The position numbers were made by a program, and so were the translations under genes. Of a stretch of 64,000 nt of DNA, positions 39,126 through 48,668 are shown piece after piece; the first letter of the stretch is position 1; the number at the start of each line of letters is the position of its first letter. Where the stretch lies: the NCBI GenBank assembly GCA_964291415.2, contig OZ219917.1:832001-896000 (forward strand), read 5' to 3'. The notes beneath the pieces are model-generated. The model had not been told where the DNA came from. It saw only the letters and a program-made list of their open reading frames with translations, and did not search any database. Origin of the DNA: Alphaproteobacteria bacterium (GTDB lineage: Bacteria > Pseudomonadota > Alphaproteobacteria > SP197).

Positions 39126-42100
39126 GACGCCGCCTCCATGGCCGTGGCCGGCAGTGGCTCATCCATCCAGTCTACCTCCCGCATCCGGCGCACGATCACG
39201 AATTCGTCGCGATTCGAGCCGACAGTGCCGTAATAGTTGAAGCCGTAGGACTGCTGCGCGTAGCCGCCGATCATGTGGGTTGGCTTGACCGTGGCGCGGG
39301 TAACGGAATTGTGGATGCCGCCGCGGGTCCCGGTGATCTCGCTTCCCGGCATGTTCACGATTTTCTCCTGGGCATGGTACATCAACGTCATGCCATCCGG
39401 GACACGCTGGCTGACGACCGCACGGGCCACCAGCGCTCCGTTGGTGTTGTAGGCTTCGATCCAGTCGTTGTCGCTGGCGCCGATCCTGGCCGCATCGCCT
39501 TCGCTGATCCAGATGATCGGTCCGCCGCGGGACAGGGTGAGCATCAGGAGATTGTCGGTATAGGTGGAGTGGATGCCCCACTTCTGGTGCGGCGTGATGA
39601 AGTTGAGCACGACCTGCGGGTGGCCGTTGTCCCTGTCGTCGATCAGCGGCCGGATGGTCTTGGTGTCGATGGGCGGCTTGTAGACGCACAGCTGTTCACC
39701 GAAGGCGCGCATCCACAGGTGGTCCTGGTAGAGCTGCTGGCGGCCGGTCAGCGTGCGCCACGGGATCAGTTCGTGGACGTTGGTATAGCCGGCCGTGTAG
39801 GTGACGTGTTCCGATTCCACCCCCGACCACGTAGGCGACGAGATGATCTTGCGCGGCTGGGCCTGGAGGTCTCGGAAGCGCAGGCTGTCCTCTTCCCGGG
39901 GCGCCGCCAGGTGTTCGTGATCGCGTCCGGTTGCCTTGCCGAGCGCTGCCCACGCCTTGACCGCCACCTTGCCGTTGGTCTCCGGCGCCAGGGCCAGAAC
40001 GACCTCTGACGCATCGATGTCGGATTCGATCCTCGGCAGGCCCTGCGTGATGCCTTCCGCGCGCACCTCGCCGTTGAGCCGCTTCAGGAAGGCGACCTCG
40101 TCATCGGTGTTCCAGGTGATGCCCTTGCCGCCGTTGCCTGCCTTGGTGAGCAGCGGCCCGAGAGCGGTGAACTTTCTGTACGTGTTCGGGTAGTCGCGCT
40201 CGACGACCACCATGTTGGGCATGGTCTTGCCGGGCCGGGGATCGCACTCTCCCTTCTTCCAGTCCCTGACTTCGGTCGCCTGGGCGAGTTCGGCGGGCGT
40301 GTCGTGCAGTGTCGGCACCAGGACGAGATCGTGCTCGACACCGAGCGTGCCCTCCGCGAGGTCGGAGAACGTCCTGGCAATTCCCTTGAAGATCTCCCAG
40401 TCGCTGCGGGTCTCCCACACCGGATCCACCGCTGCCGACAGCGGATGGATGAACGGATGCATGTCCGAAGTGTTGAGATCGTTCTTCTCGTACCAGGTCG
40501 CCGTGGGCAGCACGATGTCGGAATAGAGACAGGTCGTCGACATGCGGAAGTCGAGAGTGACGAGCAGGTCGAGCTTTCCTTCCGGAGCGCTCTCGTGCCA
40601 TTCCACCTCGACCGGCTTGCACCCGTCCGTTTCTCCGAGGTCCTTGCCCTGCACGCCGTGCGTGGTTCCCAGCAGATGCTTGAGGAAGTACTCGTGCCCC
40701 TTGCCGCTGGAACCCAGCAGGTTGGAGCGCCAGACGAAGAGATTGCGCGGCCAGTTCTTCGGATTGTCCGGATCTTCTGCAGAGAGACGCAGCTCGCCCG
40801 ACGCAAGCCCGGCGACGGTCGCCTCAACCGGATCATCCTCGCCTGCCGCCCGCGTCACCTCCAGCGGATTGGTTTCGAACTGGGGAGCGGAGGGCAGCCA
40901 GCCCATGCGCTCGGACCTGACGTTGAAGTCGATGAGGCTGAGCGAGGTCCACTCTCCGTCGGGCGCCAGTGGCGAGACCAGTTCGCTGGCCACCAGCTTC
41001 TCGTATCGCCACTGGTCCGTGTGGGCGTACCAGAAGGAGGTGCTGTTCATGTGCCGGGGCGGCCGGTTCCAGTCCAGCGCGAAGGCGAGCGGCAGCCAGC
41101 CGGTCTGGGGCCGCAGTTTCTCCTGACCGACATAGTGCGACCAGCCTCCGCCCGACTTGCCCACGCAACCGCACATCACCAGGAGGTTGATGATGCCGCG
41201 ATAGATCATGTCCATGTGGTACCAGTGGTTGAGGGCGGCGCCGACGATGATCATCGAACGCCCCTCGGTCTTGTGAGCGTTGTCCGCAAAGGCCCGCGCC
41301 ACGGCGATGACCTTGCCGCGTTCCACCCCGGTGATTCGCTCCTGCCATGCCGGCGTGTAGGGCACGTCGTCATCGAACGTACGCGCGACGTTGTCGCCAC
41401 CCAGTCCGCGGTCGATGCCGTAGTTGGCCACAAGGAGGTCGAAAACCGTGGCGACCGGCATCTCGCCTTCCCGGGTCGCGACGGTCTTCACCGGGACATG
41501 GCGCCACAGCACGTCGTCGTGATCCGTGCCTGTGAAGTGGTCGTGGAGCGTGTTGCCGAAGTAGGAGAACCCCACTGCAAGGACGTCGTCACGGGACTCC
41601 AGGAGGCTCAGACGCAGCCTTGTCGCCTCTCCACGGGCTCCCTCCCTTTCCTCGATGTTCCACTTGCCGCTCTCTCCCCAGCGGAAACCGACGGATCCCA
41701 CCGGGCACACGAGGGAATCGTCTGCACCGGCGTCCATCGCGACGGTCTTCCACTCCGGGTTGTTGGCCTCTCCCAGGGCTCCTTCGATATCGGCGGCGCG
41801 CAGCAGACGATCCGGCACCCAGCCTTCGTCCGTCTTTCTCAGGGTGACCAGCATCGGCATGTCGGTAAAGCGCCGGCAATAGTCCTCGAAGTAGGGGCTC
41901 TTCGTCGCCAGGTGCCATTCCTTGAGGATGACATGCCCCATGGCGAGTGCGAGGGCGGCATCCGTGCCCTGCTTGGGGTTGAGCCAGATGTCGGCGAACT
42001 TCGACGCCTCGCTGTAGTCAGGCGTGACCGTCACGGTGGTGGCGCCCTTGTAGCGGACCTCGGTCATGAAATGGGCGTCGGGCGTGCGTGTCTGCGGCAC

Positions 42101-42865
42101 GTTGGAGCCCCACATCATGAGGAAGGTCGAGTTGTACCAGTCGGCGCTCTCGGGCACGTCGGTCTGCTCGCCCCAGGTCTGCGGGCTCGACGGCGGCAGG
42201 TCGCAGTACCAGTCGTAGAAGCTCATGCAGACGCCGCCGATCAGCGAGAGGTAACGCGACCCGGCGGCATAGGAGACCATCGACATCGCCGGGATGGGCG
42301 AAAAGCCGATCACCCGGTCAGGCCCGTGGGCCCTGATGGTATGGATGTTGGCGGCGGCGATGATCTCGTTGACCTCGTCCCAGGTGGAGCGGACAAATCC
42401 GCCGTGGCCGCGGACCTGCTGGTAGTCCCGGCGCTTTCCTGCATCGCCCGTGATCGAGGCCCATGCGGCCACCGGCTCCATGGTCTTGCGCGCCTCGCGC
42501 CAGTGACGCACCAGCCGGCTGCGCACCAGCGGGTACTTGAGTCGGTTGGCGCTGTAGATGTACCAGGAGTAGCTGGCGCCGCGCGAGCAGCCGCGCGGCT
42601 CGTGGTTGGGCAGATCGGGCCGGGTGCGGGGATAGTCGGTCTGCTGAGTTTCCCAGGTGATGATCCCGCCCTTGACGTAGATCTTCCAGCTGCACGATCC
42701 GGTGCAGTTTACGCCATGGGTCGAGCGCACGATCTTGTCATGGCTCCAGCGCGCTCGGTAGGCATCCTCCCAGGTGCGGTCCTCGCTTGTGACCACCCCG
42801 TGTCCGTCCGAGAAGGTGTCGACCGTCTTCGTGAAGAAGGTCAGTCGGTCCAGGAAGTGACTCAT
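39122..42865 (-). CDS. narG: Respiratory nitrate reductase alpha subunit
   Basis: MSHFLDRL start, RSTHGVNCTGSCSW, FYDWYCDLPP, HYVGQEKLRP, TPHQKWGIHSTY. Confidence 0.98.
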   Translation of the reverse strand: MSHFLDRLTFFTKTVDTFSDGHGVVTSEDRTWEDAYRARWSHDKIVRSTHGVNCTGSCSWKIYVKGGIITWETQQTDYPRTRPDLPNHEPRGCSRGASYSWYIYSANRLKYPLVRSRLVRHWREARKTMEPVAAWASITGDAGKRRDYQQVRGHGGFVRSTWDEVNEIIAAANIHTIRAHGPDRVIGFSPIPAMSMVSYAAGSRYLSLIGGVCMSFYDWYCDLPPSSPQTWGEQTDVPESADWYNSTFLMMWGSNVPQTRTPDAHFMTEVRYKGATTVTVTPDYSEASKFADIWLNPKQGTDAALALAMGHVILKEWHLATKSPYFEDYCRRFTDMPMLVTLRKTDEGWVPDRLLRAADIEGALGEANNPEWKTVAMDAGADDSLVCPVGSVGFRWGESGKWNIEEREGARGEATRLRLSLLESRDDVLAVGFSYFGNTLHDHFTGTDHDDVLWRHVPVKTVATREGEMPVATVFDLLVANYGIDRGLGGDNVARTFDDDVPYTPAWQERITGVERGKVIAVARAFADNAHKTEGRSMIIVGAALNHWYHMDMIYRGIINLLVMCGCVGKSGGGWSHYVGQEKLRPQTGWLPLAFALDWNRPPRHMNSTSFWYAHTDQWRYEKLVASELVSPLAPDGEWTSLSLIDFNVRSERMGWLPSAPQFETNPLEVTRAAGEDDPVEATVAGLASGELRLSAEDPDNPKNWPRNLFVWRSNLLGSSGKGHEYFLKHLLGTTHGVQGKDLGETDGCKPVEVEWHESAPEGKLDLLVTLDFRMSTTCLYSDIVLPTATWYEKNDLNTSDMHPFIHPLSAAVDPVWETRSDWEIFKGIARTFSDLAEGTLGVEHDLVLVPTLHDTPAELAQATEVRDWKKGECDPRPGKTMPNMVVVERDYPNTYRKFTALGPLLTKAGNGGKGITWNTDDEVAFLKRLNGEVRAEGITQGLPRIESDIDASEVVLALAPETNGKVAVKAWAALGKATGRDHEHLAAPREEDSLRFRDLQAQPRKIISSPTWSGVESEHVTYTAGYTNVHELIPWRTLTGRQQLYQDHLWMRAFGEQLCVYKPPIDTKTIRPLIDDRDNGHPQVVLNFITPHQKWGIHSTYTDNLLMLTLSRGGPIIWISEGDAARIGASDNDWIEAYNTNGALVARAVVSQRVPDGMTLMYHAQEKIVNMPGSEITGTRGGIHNSVTRATVKPTHMIGGYAQQSYGFNYYGTVGSNRDEFVIVRRMREVDWMDEPLPATAMEAAS

Positions 42866-42881
42866 CGGGTCCGCCTCCTCT

Positions 42882-44489
42882 TCAAGGGTTCTTCACGTAG
42901 GCGTTTGGTCGCAGATAGAACCACCAGTTGATCATGATGCACAAAGCATAGAAGGCGGCAAAGCCGTAAAGGGCGTTTTCCGGGGTGGTCGCCTTGATCT
43001 GTTCCCCGAACACCTTCGGAATGATGAAGGCGCCATAGGCGGCGACAGCCGAGGTCCAGCCGAGGACCGGGCCGGCCTGCACCTTGTCGAAGACGATGGC
43101 GATGGTCCGGAATGTGGATCCGTTGCCGATGCCGGTGGCCGCGAAGAGGACGAGAAAGAGGGCAAGGAAGGGCAGAAAGTAGTCTTCCGGCGTCGGCGAG
43201 GCGTAGGCCAGGGACAGGATGTAGGCGACGCCGAGCGCGCAGCCGACCATGACGACGGAGATAATCTGCGTGACCAGCGCACCGCCGAGCCGGTCCGAGA
43301 TCATGCCGCCGAGGGGACGGATGAGAGCGCCGATGAAGGGGCCGGTCCACGCGTACATGAGGGCGCTCGGCCCGTTGGGATTGACGGTCGTGTGGGTGAG
43401 CACCCCGTCAACCTCGATGTGCTGGAAGCCGAAGACGACCTTGATAGCGAGGCCGAACGTGGCCGCATAGCCGATGAAGGAACCGAAGGTCATGGTGTAG
43501 ATGACCGTCATCGCCCACGTGTGGCGGTTCCGGAAGATGGCGTACTGCTGATCGAGGCTTCGGTGAATGGTGCCGGGGATCAAGCGCAGGGCGAAGACCG
43601 TCGCCGCGATGACGAGGGGAAGGACCAGCCACTTGCTGAGCTCCAGCCCCGAACCGCCGGCATCGGCCGGCAGCAGCAGCCACAGTCCGGCAGCGGCCGT
43701 CACGAGGCCGATTCCCAGCATGCCGAGGATCTTGCCGAATGCGCCAGCGGTCGATGTGAGACCGGGAGAGACATGGTCGGCGGTGATGTTGTTCATGCCG
43801 AACCAGGCGGCGATGACCAGGGGCACCAGGATGGCGACCCAGATGTAGCCCGCATTGTGGATATAGGTCTCCGTGCCGGCCGGGATCTTGCCGATGAGGG
43901 TGCCCGAACTGTTGGCAAGGATGAGGGCCGAGCCGCCGAACACGCCGACGGTCATCACCAGGGGTACCAGGATCTGCATCGTGGTGACGCCGAAATTGCC
44001 GAGGCCGGCGTTCATGCCCAGCGAGTAGCCCTGCACCCTCTTCGGATAGAAGAAGGAGATGTTCGACATCGACGAGGCGAAGTTGCCGCCACCGAATCCC
44101 GACAGCAGGGCCATGATCTGGAACTGCCACAGAGGTGTCGACGGATCCTGCAGGAGGAACCCGGTGCCGGCGGCCGGGATGATGAGCAGCGCCGTGGTGA
44201 GGAAGATCGTGTTGCGTCCGCCGGCGATGCGGATGAAGAAGGAGGACGGGATGCGCAGGGTGGCGCCGCTCAGACCGGCGATGGCGGCGAGGGTGAAGAG
44301 TTCAGCCTGGGAGAACGGGAACTTCAGGTTGATCATCTGGACGGTGATGATCCCCCAGTAGAGCCACACCGCGAACCCGCACAGCAGGCAGGGGATCGAG
44401 ATCCACAGGTTGCGCGTTGCCACGCGCCTGCCCTCGCTCTCCCAGAAGCGTTCGTCTTCCGGGTTCCAGTTCGTCAGGTTCCTGGCCAT
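42882..44489 (-). CDS. narK: Nitrate/nitrite transporter (NarK2 type)
   Basis: W.PED..FW...G...A.RNLWIS, GFGGGNFASSM, MTFGSFIG, GIGNGSTF. Confidence 0.92.
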   Translation of the reverse strand: MARNLTNWNPEDERFWESEGRRVATRNLWISIPCLLCGFAVWLYWGIITVQMINLKFPFSQAELFTLAAIAGLSGATLRIPSSFFIRIAGGRNTIFLTTALLIIPAAGTGFLLQDPSTPLWQFQIMALLSGFGGGNFASSMSNISFFYPKRVQGYSLGMNAGLGNFGVTTMQILVPLVMTVGVFGGSALILANSSGTLIGKIPAGTETYIHNAGYIWVAILVPLVIAAWFGMNNITADHVSPGLTSTAGAFGKILGMLGIGLVTAAAGLWLLLPADAGGSGLELSKWLVLPLVIAATVFALRLIPGTIHRSLDQQYAIFRNRHTWAMTVIYTMTFGSFIGYAATFGLAIKVVFGFQHIEVDGVLTHTTVNPNGPSALMYAWTGPFIGALIRPLGGMISDRLGGALVTQIISVVMVGCALGVAYILSLAYASPTPEDYFLPFLALFLVLFAATGIGNGSTFRTIAIVFDKVQAGPVLGWTSAVAAYGAFIIPKVFGEQIKATTPENALYGFAAFYALCIMINWWFYLRPNAYVKNP

Positions 44490-44502
44490 GGAGAGGGCAT
44501 CC

Positions 44503-45828
44503 TCAGCGCGGTGTGTGACTCTGGTGGCCGGAGTCCGGCACATCGGAGAGATATCGTTCGTCGGCAAGTCCCGGATGACGACGGCGTTCCATCAGCCGGA
44601 TGGCCACATGCATCCACACCGTGCTCACCATCACGATGGCAAAGAGCAGCATGAACGAACTTGTCCAGACATTGAACAAGTCGTTGAGAATGCCGAAAGT
44701 GATCGGCAGGACAAAGCCTCCCAGACCGCCGATCATGCCGACAAGTCCGCCGACCGATCCCACGTGATTCGGATAGTAGACCGGGATGTGCTTGTAGACG
44801 GCGGCCTTGCCCAGCGACATGACAAACCCGAGCAGGATGCTCAGGATGACGAAGAAGGTGAGGCTGACGCCAAAGGTGAATTCGATCGGACCGTCGATGC
44901 CCTGAACGATGTAGTGGGTCTGCGGATAGCTCATCACGAAGAGGCAGGCCAGCGAGACGATGAACGTCAGGTACATGACTGCCCGGGCCCCCCACTTGTC
45001 CGACATCCAGCCTCCGAGCGCCCGGAACACGGATCCTGGCATCGAGTAGGCGGCGGCCAGCATGCCGGCCGTTGCCAGCGGCAAATCGTAGGCTCCGACG
45101 TAGAATCGCGGCAGGTAGGAGGCAAGGGCGACAAATCCGCCGAAGACGAAGAAATAGTATGTGGCGAAGCGCCAGACCTGCAGGTTCTTGAGCGGCGCCA
45201 GTTGTTCTGCGGTGGAGACCGGTTTGAGGCCCTTCTTCTTGCGCGCCACCAGTCCCGGATCCGGGCGTGCCAGCACATAGTACAGAAGGGCGGTGACGGC
45301 CAGCACCACGGCATAGATCTGCGCCGTCTGTTCCCAGCCGAAGGCCAGCACCAGGAAAGGCGCACCGAAATTGGTGACGGCGGCCCCGACATTGCCGACC
45401 CCGAAAATCCCCAGAGCCGTTCCCTGGTGCTGCCTCTCGAACCATTGCGATGTATAGGCAACGCCGACGATGAAGGAGCCGCCGGCGAGACCCAGGCCGA
45501 GTGCGGCGATGAGGAAGACCTCGTAGGTCCTGACTTCTGACAGGAGCCAGCAGGCCAGCGCGGTGGCCAGCATCTGCAGGGTGAAGACCAGCCGGCCGCC
45601 GTACTGTTCGGTCCACACGCCGAGGAAGATGCGGCTGACCGATCCGGTCAGGACGGGCGTTGCGACCAGGATGCCGAACTCCGTCTCCGAGAGACCGAGG
45701 TCCTGCTTGATCTTGACTCCGATGATGGAAAAGATCGTCCAGACGGCAAAGCAGACGGTAAAGGCGAATGTGCTCAAGCCCAGGGCTTTCAGCTGATCGC
45801 CTCTCGTGACATCCTTGAGATCTGACAT
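44503..45828 (-). CDS. narK: Nitrate/nitrite transporter (NarK1 type)
   Basis: FAVWT.FSIIG, P.LTGS..R, G.AGGSF.VG, YFFVFGGFVAL, GKAAVYKH. Confidence 0.92.
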   Translation of the reverse strand: MSDLKDVTRGDQLKALGLSTFAFTVCFAVWTIFSIIGVKIKQDLGLSETEFGILVATPVLTGSVSRIFLGVWTEQYGGRLVFTLQMLATALACWLLSEVRTYEVFLIAALGLGLAGGSFIVGVAYTSQWFERQHQGTALGIFGVGNVGAAVTNFGAPFLVLAFGWEQTAQIYAVVLAVTALLYYVLARPDPGLVARKKKGLKPVSTAEQLAPLKNLQVWRFATYYFFVFGGFVALASYLPRFYVGAYDLPLATAGMLAAAYSMPGSVFRALGGWMSDKWGARAVMYLTFIVSLACLFVMSYPQTHYIVQGIDGPIEFTFGVSLTFFVILSILLGFVMSLGKAAVYKHIPVYYPNHVGSVGGLVGMIGGLGGFVLPITFGILNDLFNVWTSSFMLLFAIVMVSTVWMHVAIRLMERRRHPGLADERYLSDVPDSGHQSHTPR

Positions 45829-45858
45829 GGACCAACAGTCCCGCGATGCCCGGCGCTT

Positions 45859-45887
45859 CAATAGTCGAAGCGAGGACCGGGTGTCAA
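45859..45887 (-). promoter_or_regulatory. Possible sigma70-type promoter for narK operon
   Basis: On the minus strand TTGACA-N17-CTATTG; CGCTTC-N7-GAAGCG inverted repeat overlaps the -10 region. Confidence 0.3.
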
Positions 45888-45920
45888 AGCACTGGTGGTC
45901 GTCGCTGTGGAGGACAGGGC

Positions 45921-46772
45921 ATGGCCGACATCATTGATCAACACGAGGCTGCGCGGCGGCTCGGCATGACGGTCGAGGAGGTTGCCTACCGTCTTGATTA
46001 CGGGCAGATGATGGGCGTCGAGGTTGACGGCAGCTGGCGGATCGACACGCGGGATCTCGAGTCGTTCAGACGGGGTCAGGAACTTGGCCGGGCCATCGCG
46101 GCGGCCGGAAAGGCGCCGGTGGACAGCAAGTCGCCCGGGGAGTTTCAGGAGATTTCACCGGATGCATCTCCCGGCTGGCGGCGCAATCCAGAATACGAGA
46201 TCGATCTTGCCATCGTGCCCGCCAGGGTCGAGGCCCGTTATGCGGGCGCCACCGTTGCGGCCAGCGACCGCACCCTCACGGTCCTGGAACTCGGGCACGG
46301 GGCTGTCTACTACATGCCGAAGGACGACGTGGACTGGTCGTTTTTCACGGCCAACGCGCACTCCACCTACTGTCAGTACAAGGGATTTGCGCGCTACTGG
46401 ACGCTCCAGGTCGACTCCAGGGTCGAGGAGAACGTGATCTGGGCCTACGACGAGCCGCACAGGGAGGTCGACGGCCTCAAGGATCACGTGGGCTTCTACT
46501 GGCACCGCATGGATGCCTGGCTCGAGGACGGCACCCAGGTCAAACATCCGCGCGACATCGCCGGGCGCTGCGATGCGCGGCACAGCTTCCGGGCTCTCTA
46601 TCCCGAGCTCGCCCGCCAGTGGCACCCCGAGAAGAATCCCAACATCAACCCCTACGAGTGCGCCCCGTGGTTCCGCGCAAGTGTCTGGTGGCAGGACGAC
46701 ACGGGCCACGAATGGCGCCAGCCGATCCGCGACCGCGTGCTCGGCCACCCGCCCCTTCGCGACTCCCTGTAG
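45921..46772 (+). CDS. Three-domain protein: excisionase-like HTH + DUF427 + DUF4379/zinc-ribbon-like
   Basis: EAARRLG...G....V.GSWRI...DL; YY.P..DV...T.C.YKG.A.YW...W.Y.EP....LKD..GFY; YPELARQWHPEKN...VWW...GHEW...I.DR; GGAGG RBS. Confidence 0.8.
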   Translation: MADIIDQHEAARRLGMTVEEVAYRLDYGQMMGVEVDGSWRIDTRDLESFRRGQELGRAIAAAGKAPVDSKSPGEFQEISPDASPGWRRNPEYEIDLAIVPARVEARYAGATVAASDRTLTVLELGHGAVYYMPKDDVDWSFFTANAHSTYCQYKGFARYWTLQVDSRVEENVIWAYDEPHREVDGLKDHVGFYWHRMDAWLEDGTQVKHPRDIAGRCDARHSFRALYPELARQWHPEKNPNINPYECAPWFRASVWWQDDTGHEWRQPIRDRVLGHPPLRDSL

Positions 46773-47130
46773 CAATCCATTACGCCTCCCGCGACGAGCC
46801 GGCGTCATGCAGGACTACGCGTCATCAGGTGGGTTTTCGCAAGGATGTCCGTCCGTGACGCCGGAACGATCCCGGCGCGACAGGAGTGACGAGGCCTTGC
46901 AGATGCCGACAGCAGATCAGGGGTGCGGGCCGAAGAGTCCCCGAATTTGACCCTGAGGTTCTGAACTGGCTATTCGGGGATCCTGAATCCTGCGCGGATT
47001 ACCACAGGACACGACCGCCGGCCTGCGTCTCATCCTGTCGATTCTCCTCATGGCCCGTGGAGGGTCACCCGGATCAGACCAGAGTCCGGACCATTGCTTG
47101 TTCCGCAACCGCCGAGCGGGAGTTGCCACC

Positions 47131-47424
47131 ATGAATGTCCCAGTTACCAATGCAAAGGATCAACTGAGCGCACTCGTGCGACGCGCCGAATCGGGTGACG
47201 AGGTGGTCCTCACGCGCCACGGCAAACCCGCTGCGAGAATCGTTTCGGTCGCGGACCCGCCGGACGAGAGTGCCCGATGTGCCCTCATCACCTCGATCCA
47301 GGCGACAGCAAGGCGTACGGTGACGCCCGGACCGACGGCTGCACGCAGCCAGGACTTTCTGTACGACGAGCGTGTTGTGAGCCTCGCCGGGGATATCGGG
47401 AACTCATCCCCTACACAGTCGTGA
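47131..47424 (+). CDS. Phd/YefM family antitoxin (orphan)
   Basis: V.VT.AK.QLS.LVRRAE.G.EVVLTRHGKP.AR.V; SQDFLYDE near the C-terminus; no toxin follows. Confidence 0.82.
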   Translation: MNVPVTNAKDQLSALVRRAESGDEVVLTRHGKPAARIVSVADPPDESARCALITSIQATARRTVTPGPTAARSQDFLYDERVVSLAGDIGNSSPTQS

Positions 47425-47505
47425 GGACGCCAGGTCAACCGGGGGATACCCGGAGGAGCCCGCTTGGCGGCACTCCGTGCGTATTAGGAACCTCCGCCGG
47501 GGCGG

Positions 47506-48582
47506 TCAGGAATCGAAGACGATGACGCTGCGGGCAACCTCGCCGGCCTTCATGTCGTCGAAGCCGTCGTTGATCTCGTCCAGGGTGATGCGGCGGCTGA
47601 TCATGTCGTCGAGCTTGAGCTTGCCGTCGAGGTAGAAGTCGACGTAGCGCGGCATGTCGACCCGAAAATGATTGGAACCCATGTTGGAGCCGCGCAACAC
47701 CTTGTCGTCGAGCAGGTCGGCACCGTGAATCTCGAGCATCTCGCCCTCCGGCACCATGCCGATGACGGTGGCCATGCCGGAGGCCCTCAGCATCCGGAAG
47801 GCCTGCTCGCTGGTCTGCTTGAGACCGAGTGCCTCGAAGGAGTACTCGACGCCGCCCCCCGTCATCTCCCGCACCGCCTCCACCGGGTCGTCCTCGGCGG
47901 CATTGACCACGTCCGTCGCTCCGAAGTGGCGCGCGAGGTTGAGCTTGGTTCCCCTGATGTCGACGGCGATGATGCGTCCGGCGCCGGCGATGGCCGCACC
48001 GTTGATGGCCGAGAGCCCGACCCCGCCACAGCCGATGACCGCCACCGTGCTTCCGACCTCGATCTTCGCGGTGTTGACCACGGCGCCGAACCCGGTGGTG
48101 ACGCCGCAGCCGATCAGCGCCGCGCGGTCGAAGGGCATGTCGTTGCGGATCTTCACGAGTGCGTGTTCGTGGACGAGCATCATCTCGGCGAAGGCAGAGA
48201 GGTTGTAGAACTGGCTGACGCCGTTGCCGAGACGCGGTTCCTCGTCGTCGTCGCGCGACACCTCGGGGTTCTGGCAGCTGAACGGACGGCCCGTCGTGCA
48301 GTACTCGCAGTGGCCGCAGAAGACGCTGAGACAGGAAATCACGTGATCGCCGGGTCTGAAATGGCGCACCTCGGACCCGACGGCCTCGACGACACCGGCG
48401 GCTTCGTGCCCGAGAACGGTCGGCAACGGCGCGGCATACTTGCCCTCGATGTAGTGGAGGTCGCTGTGGCATACGCCACACGCCGCCGTGCGGACCAGGA
48501 CCTCGCGGGACTTCGGCTTCGAGATTGGTACATCCTCGATGACAAGGGGGGTATTGACCTCACGCAGCACCGCTGCCTTCAT
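47506..48582 (-). CDS. Zn-dependent alcohol dehydrogenase
   Basis: GVCHSD, GHE, C..C..C structural Zn, GCGVTTG, GCGGVG. Confidence 0.93.
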   Translation of the reverse strand: MKAAVLREVNTPLVIEDVPISKPKSREVLVRTAACGVCHSDLHYIEGKYAAPLPTVLGHEAAGVVEAVGSEVRHFRPGDHVISCLSVFCGHCEYCTTGRPFSCQNPEVSRDDDEEPRLGNGVSQFYNLSAFAEMMLVHEHALVKIRNDMPFDRAALIGCGVTTGFGAVVNTAKIEVGSTVAVIGCGGVGLSAINGAAIAGAGRIIAVDIRGTKLNLARHFGATDVVNAAEDDPVEAVREMTGGGVEYSFEALGLKQTSEQAFRMLRASGMATVIGMVPEGEMLEIHGADLLDDKVLRGSNMGSNHFRVDMPRYVDFYLDGKLKLDDMISRRITLDEINDGFDDMKAGEVARSVIVFDS

Positions 48583-48668
48583 GGTATTCTCCTCGCGGGA
48601 TCCGACAGATTTTCGTGCTTCCGATCGGGTCTGTCGAGTCACGCCGCCGAAAGGAAAGGTTGCGCAGG

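Noticed and set aside
39122-42865. NarG as nitrite oxidoreductase or a periplasmic enzyme
   Set aside because: No Tat leader; canonical narK-narGHJI context
40304-42931. 875-aa plus-strand ORF and other long antisense ORFs (e.g. 49859-52156, 29825-31312, 8936-10288)
   Set aside because: Shadows of well-supported genes on the opposite strand in high-GC DNA; no motifs
42882-45828. Fused NarK1-NarK2 as in Paracoccus
   Set aside because: Separated by a stop and a 13-nt spacer in different frames, with a GAGG RBS-like site before the second gene
45934-45941. TTGATCAA as an FNR site
   Set aside because: Half-sites have no 4-nt spacer and lie inside the coding sequence
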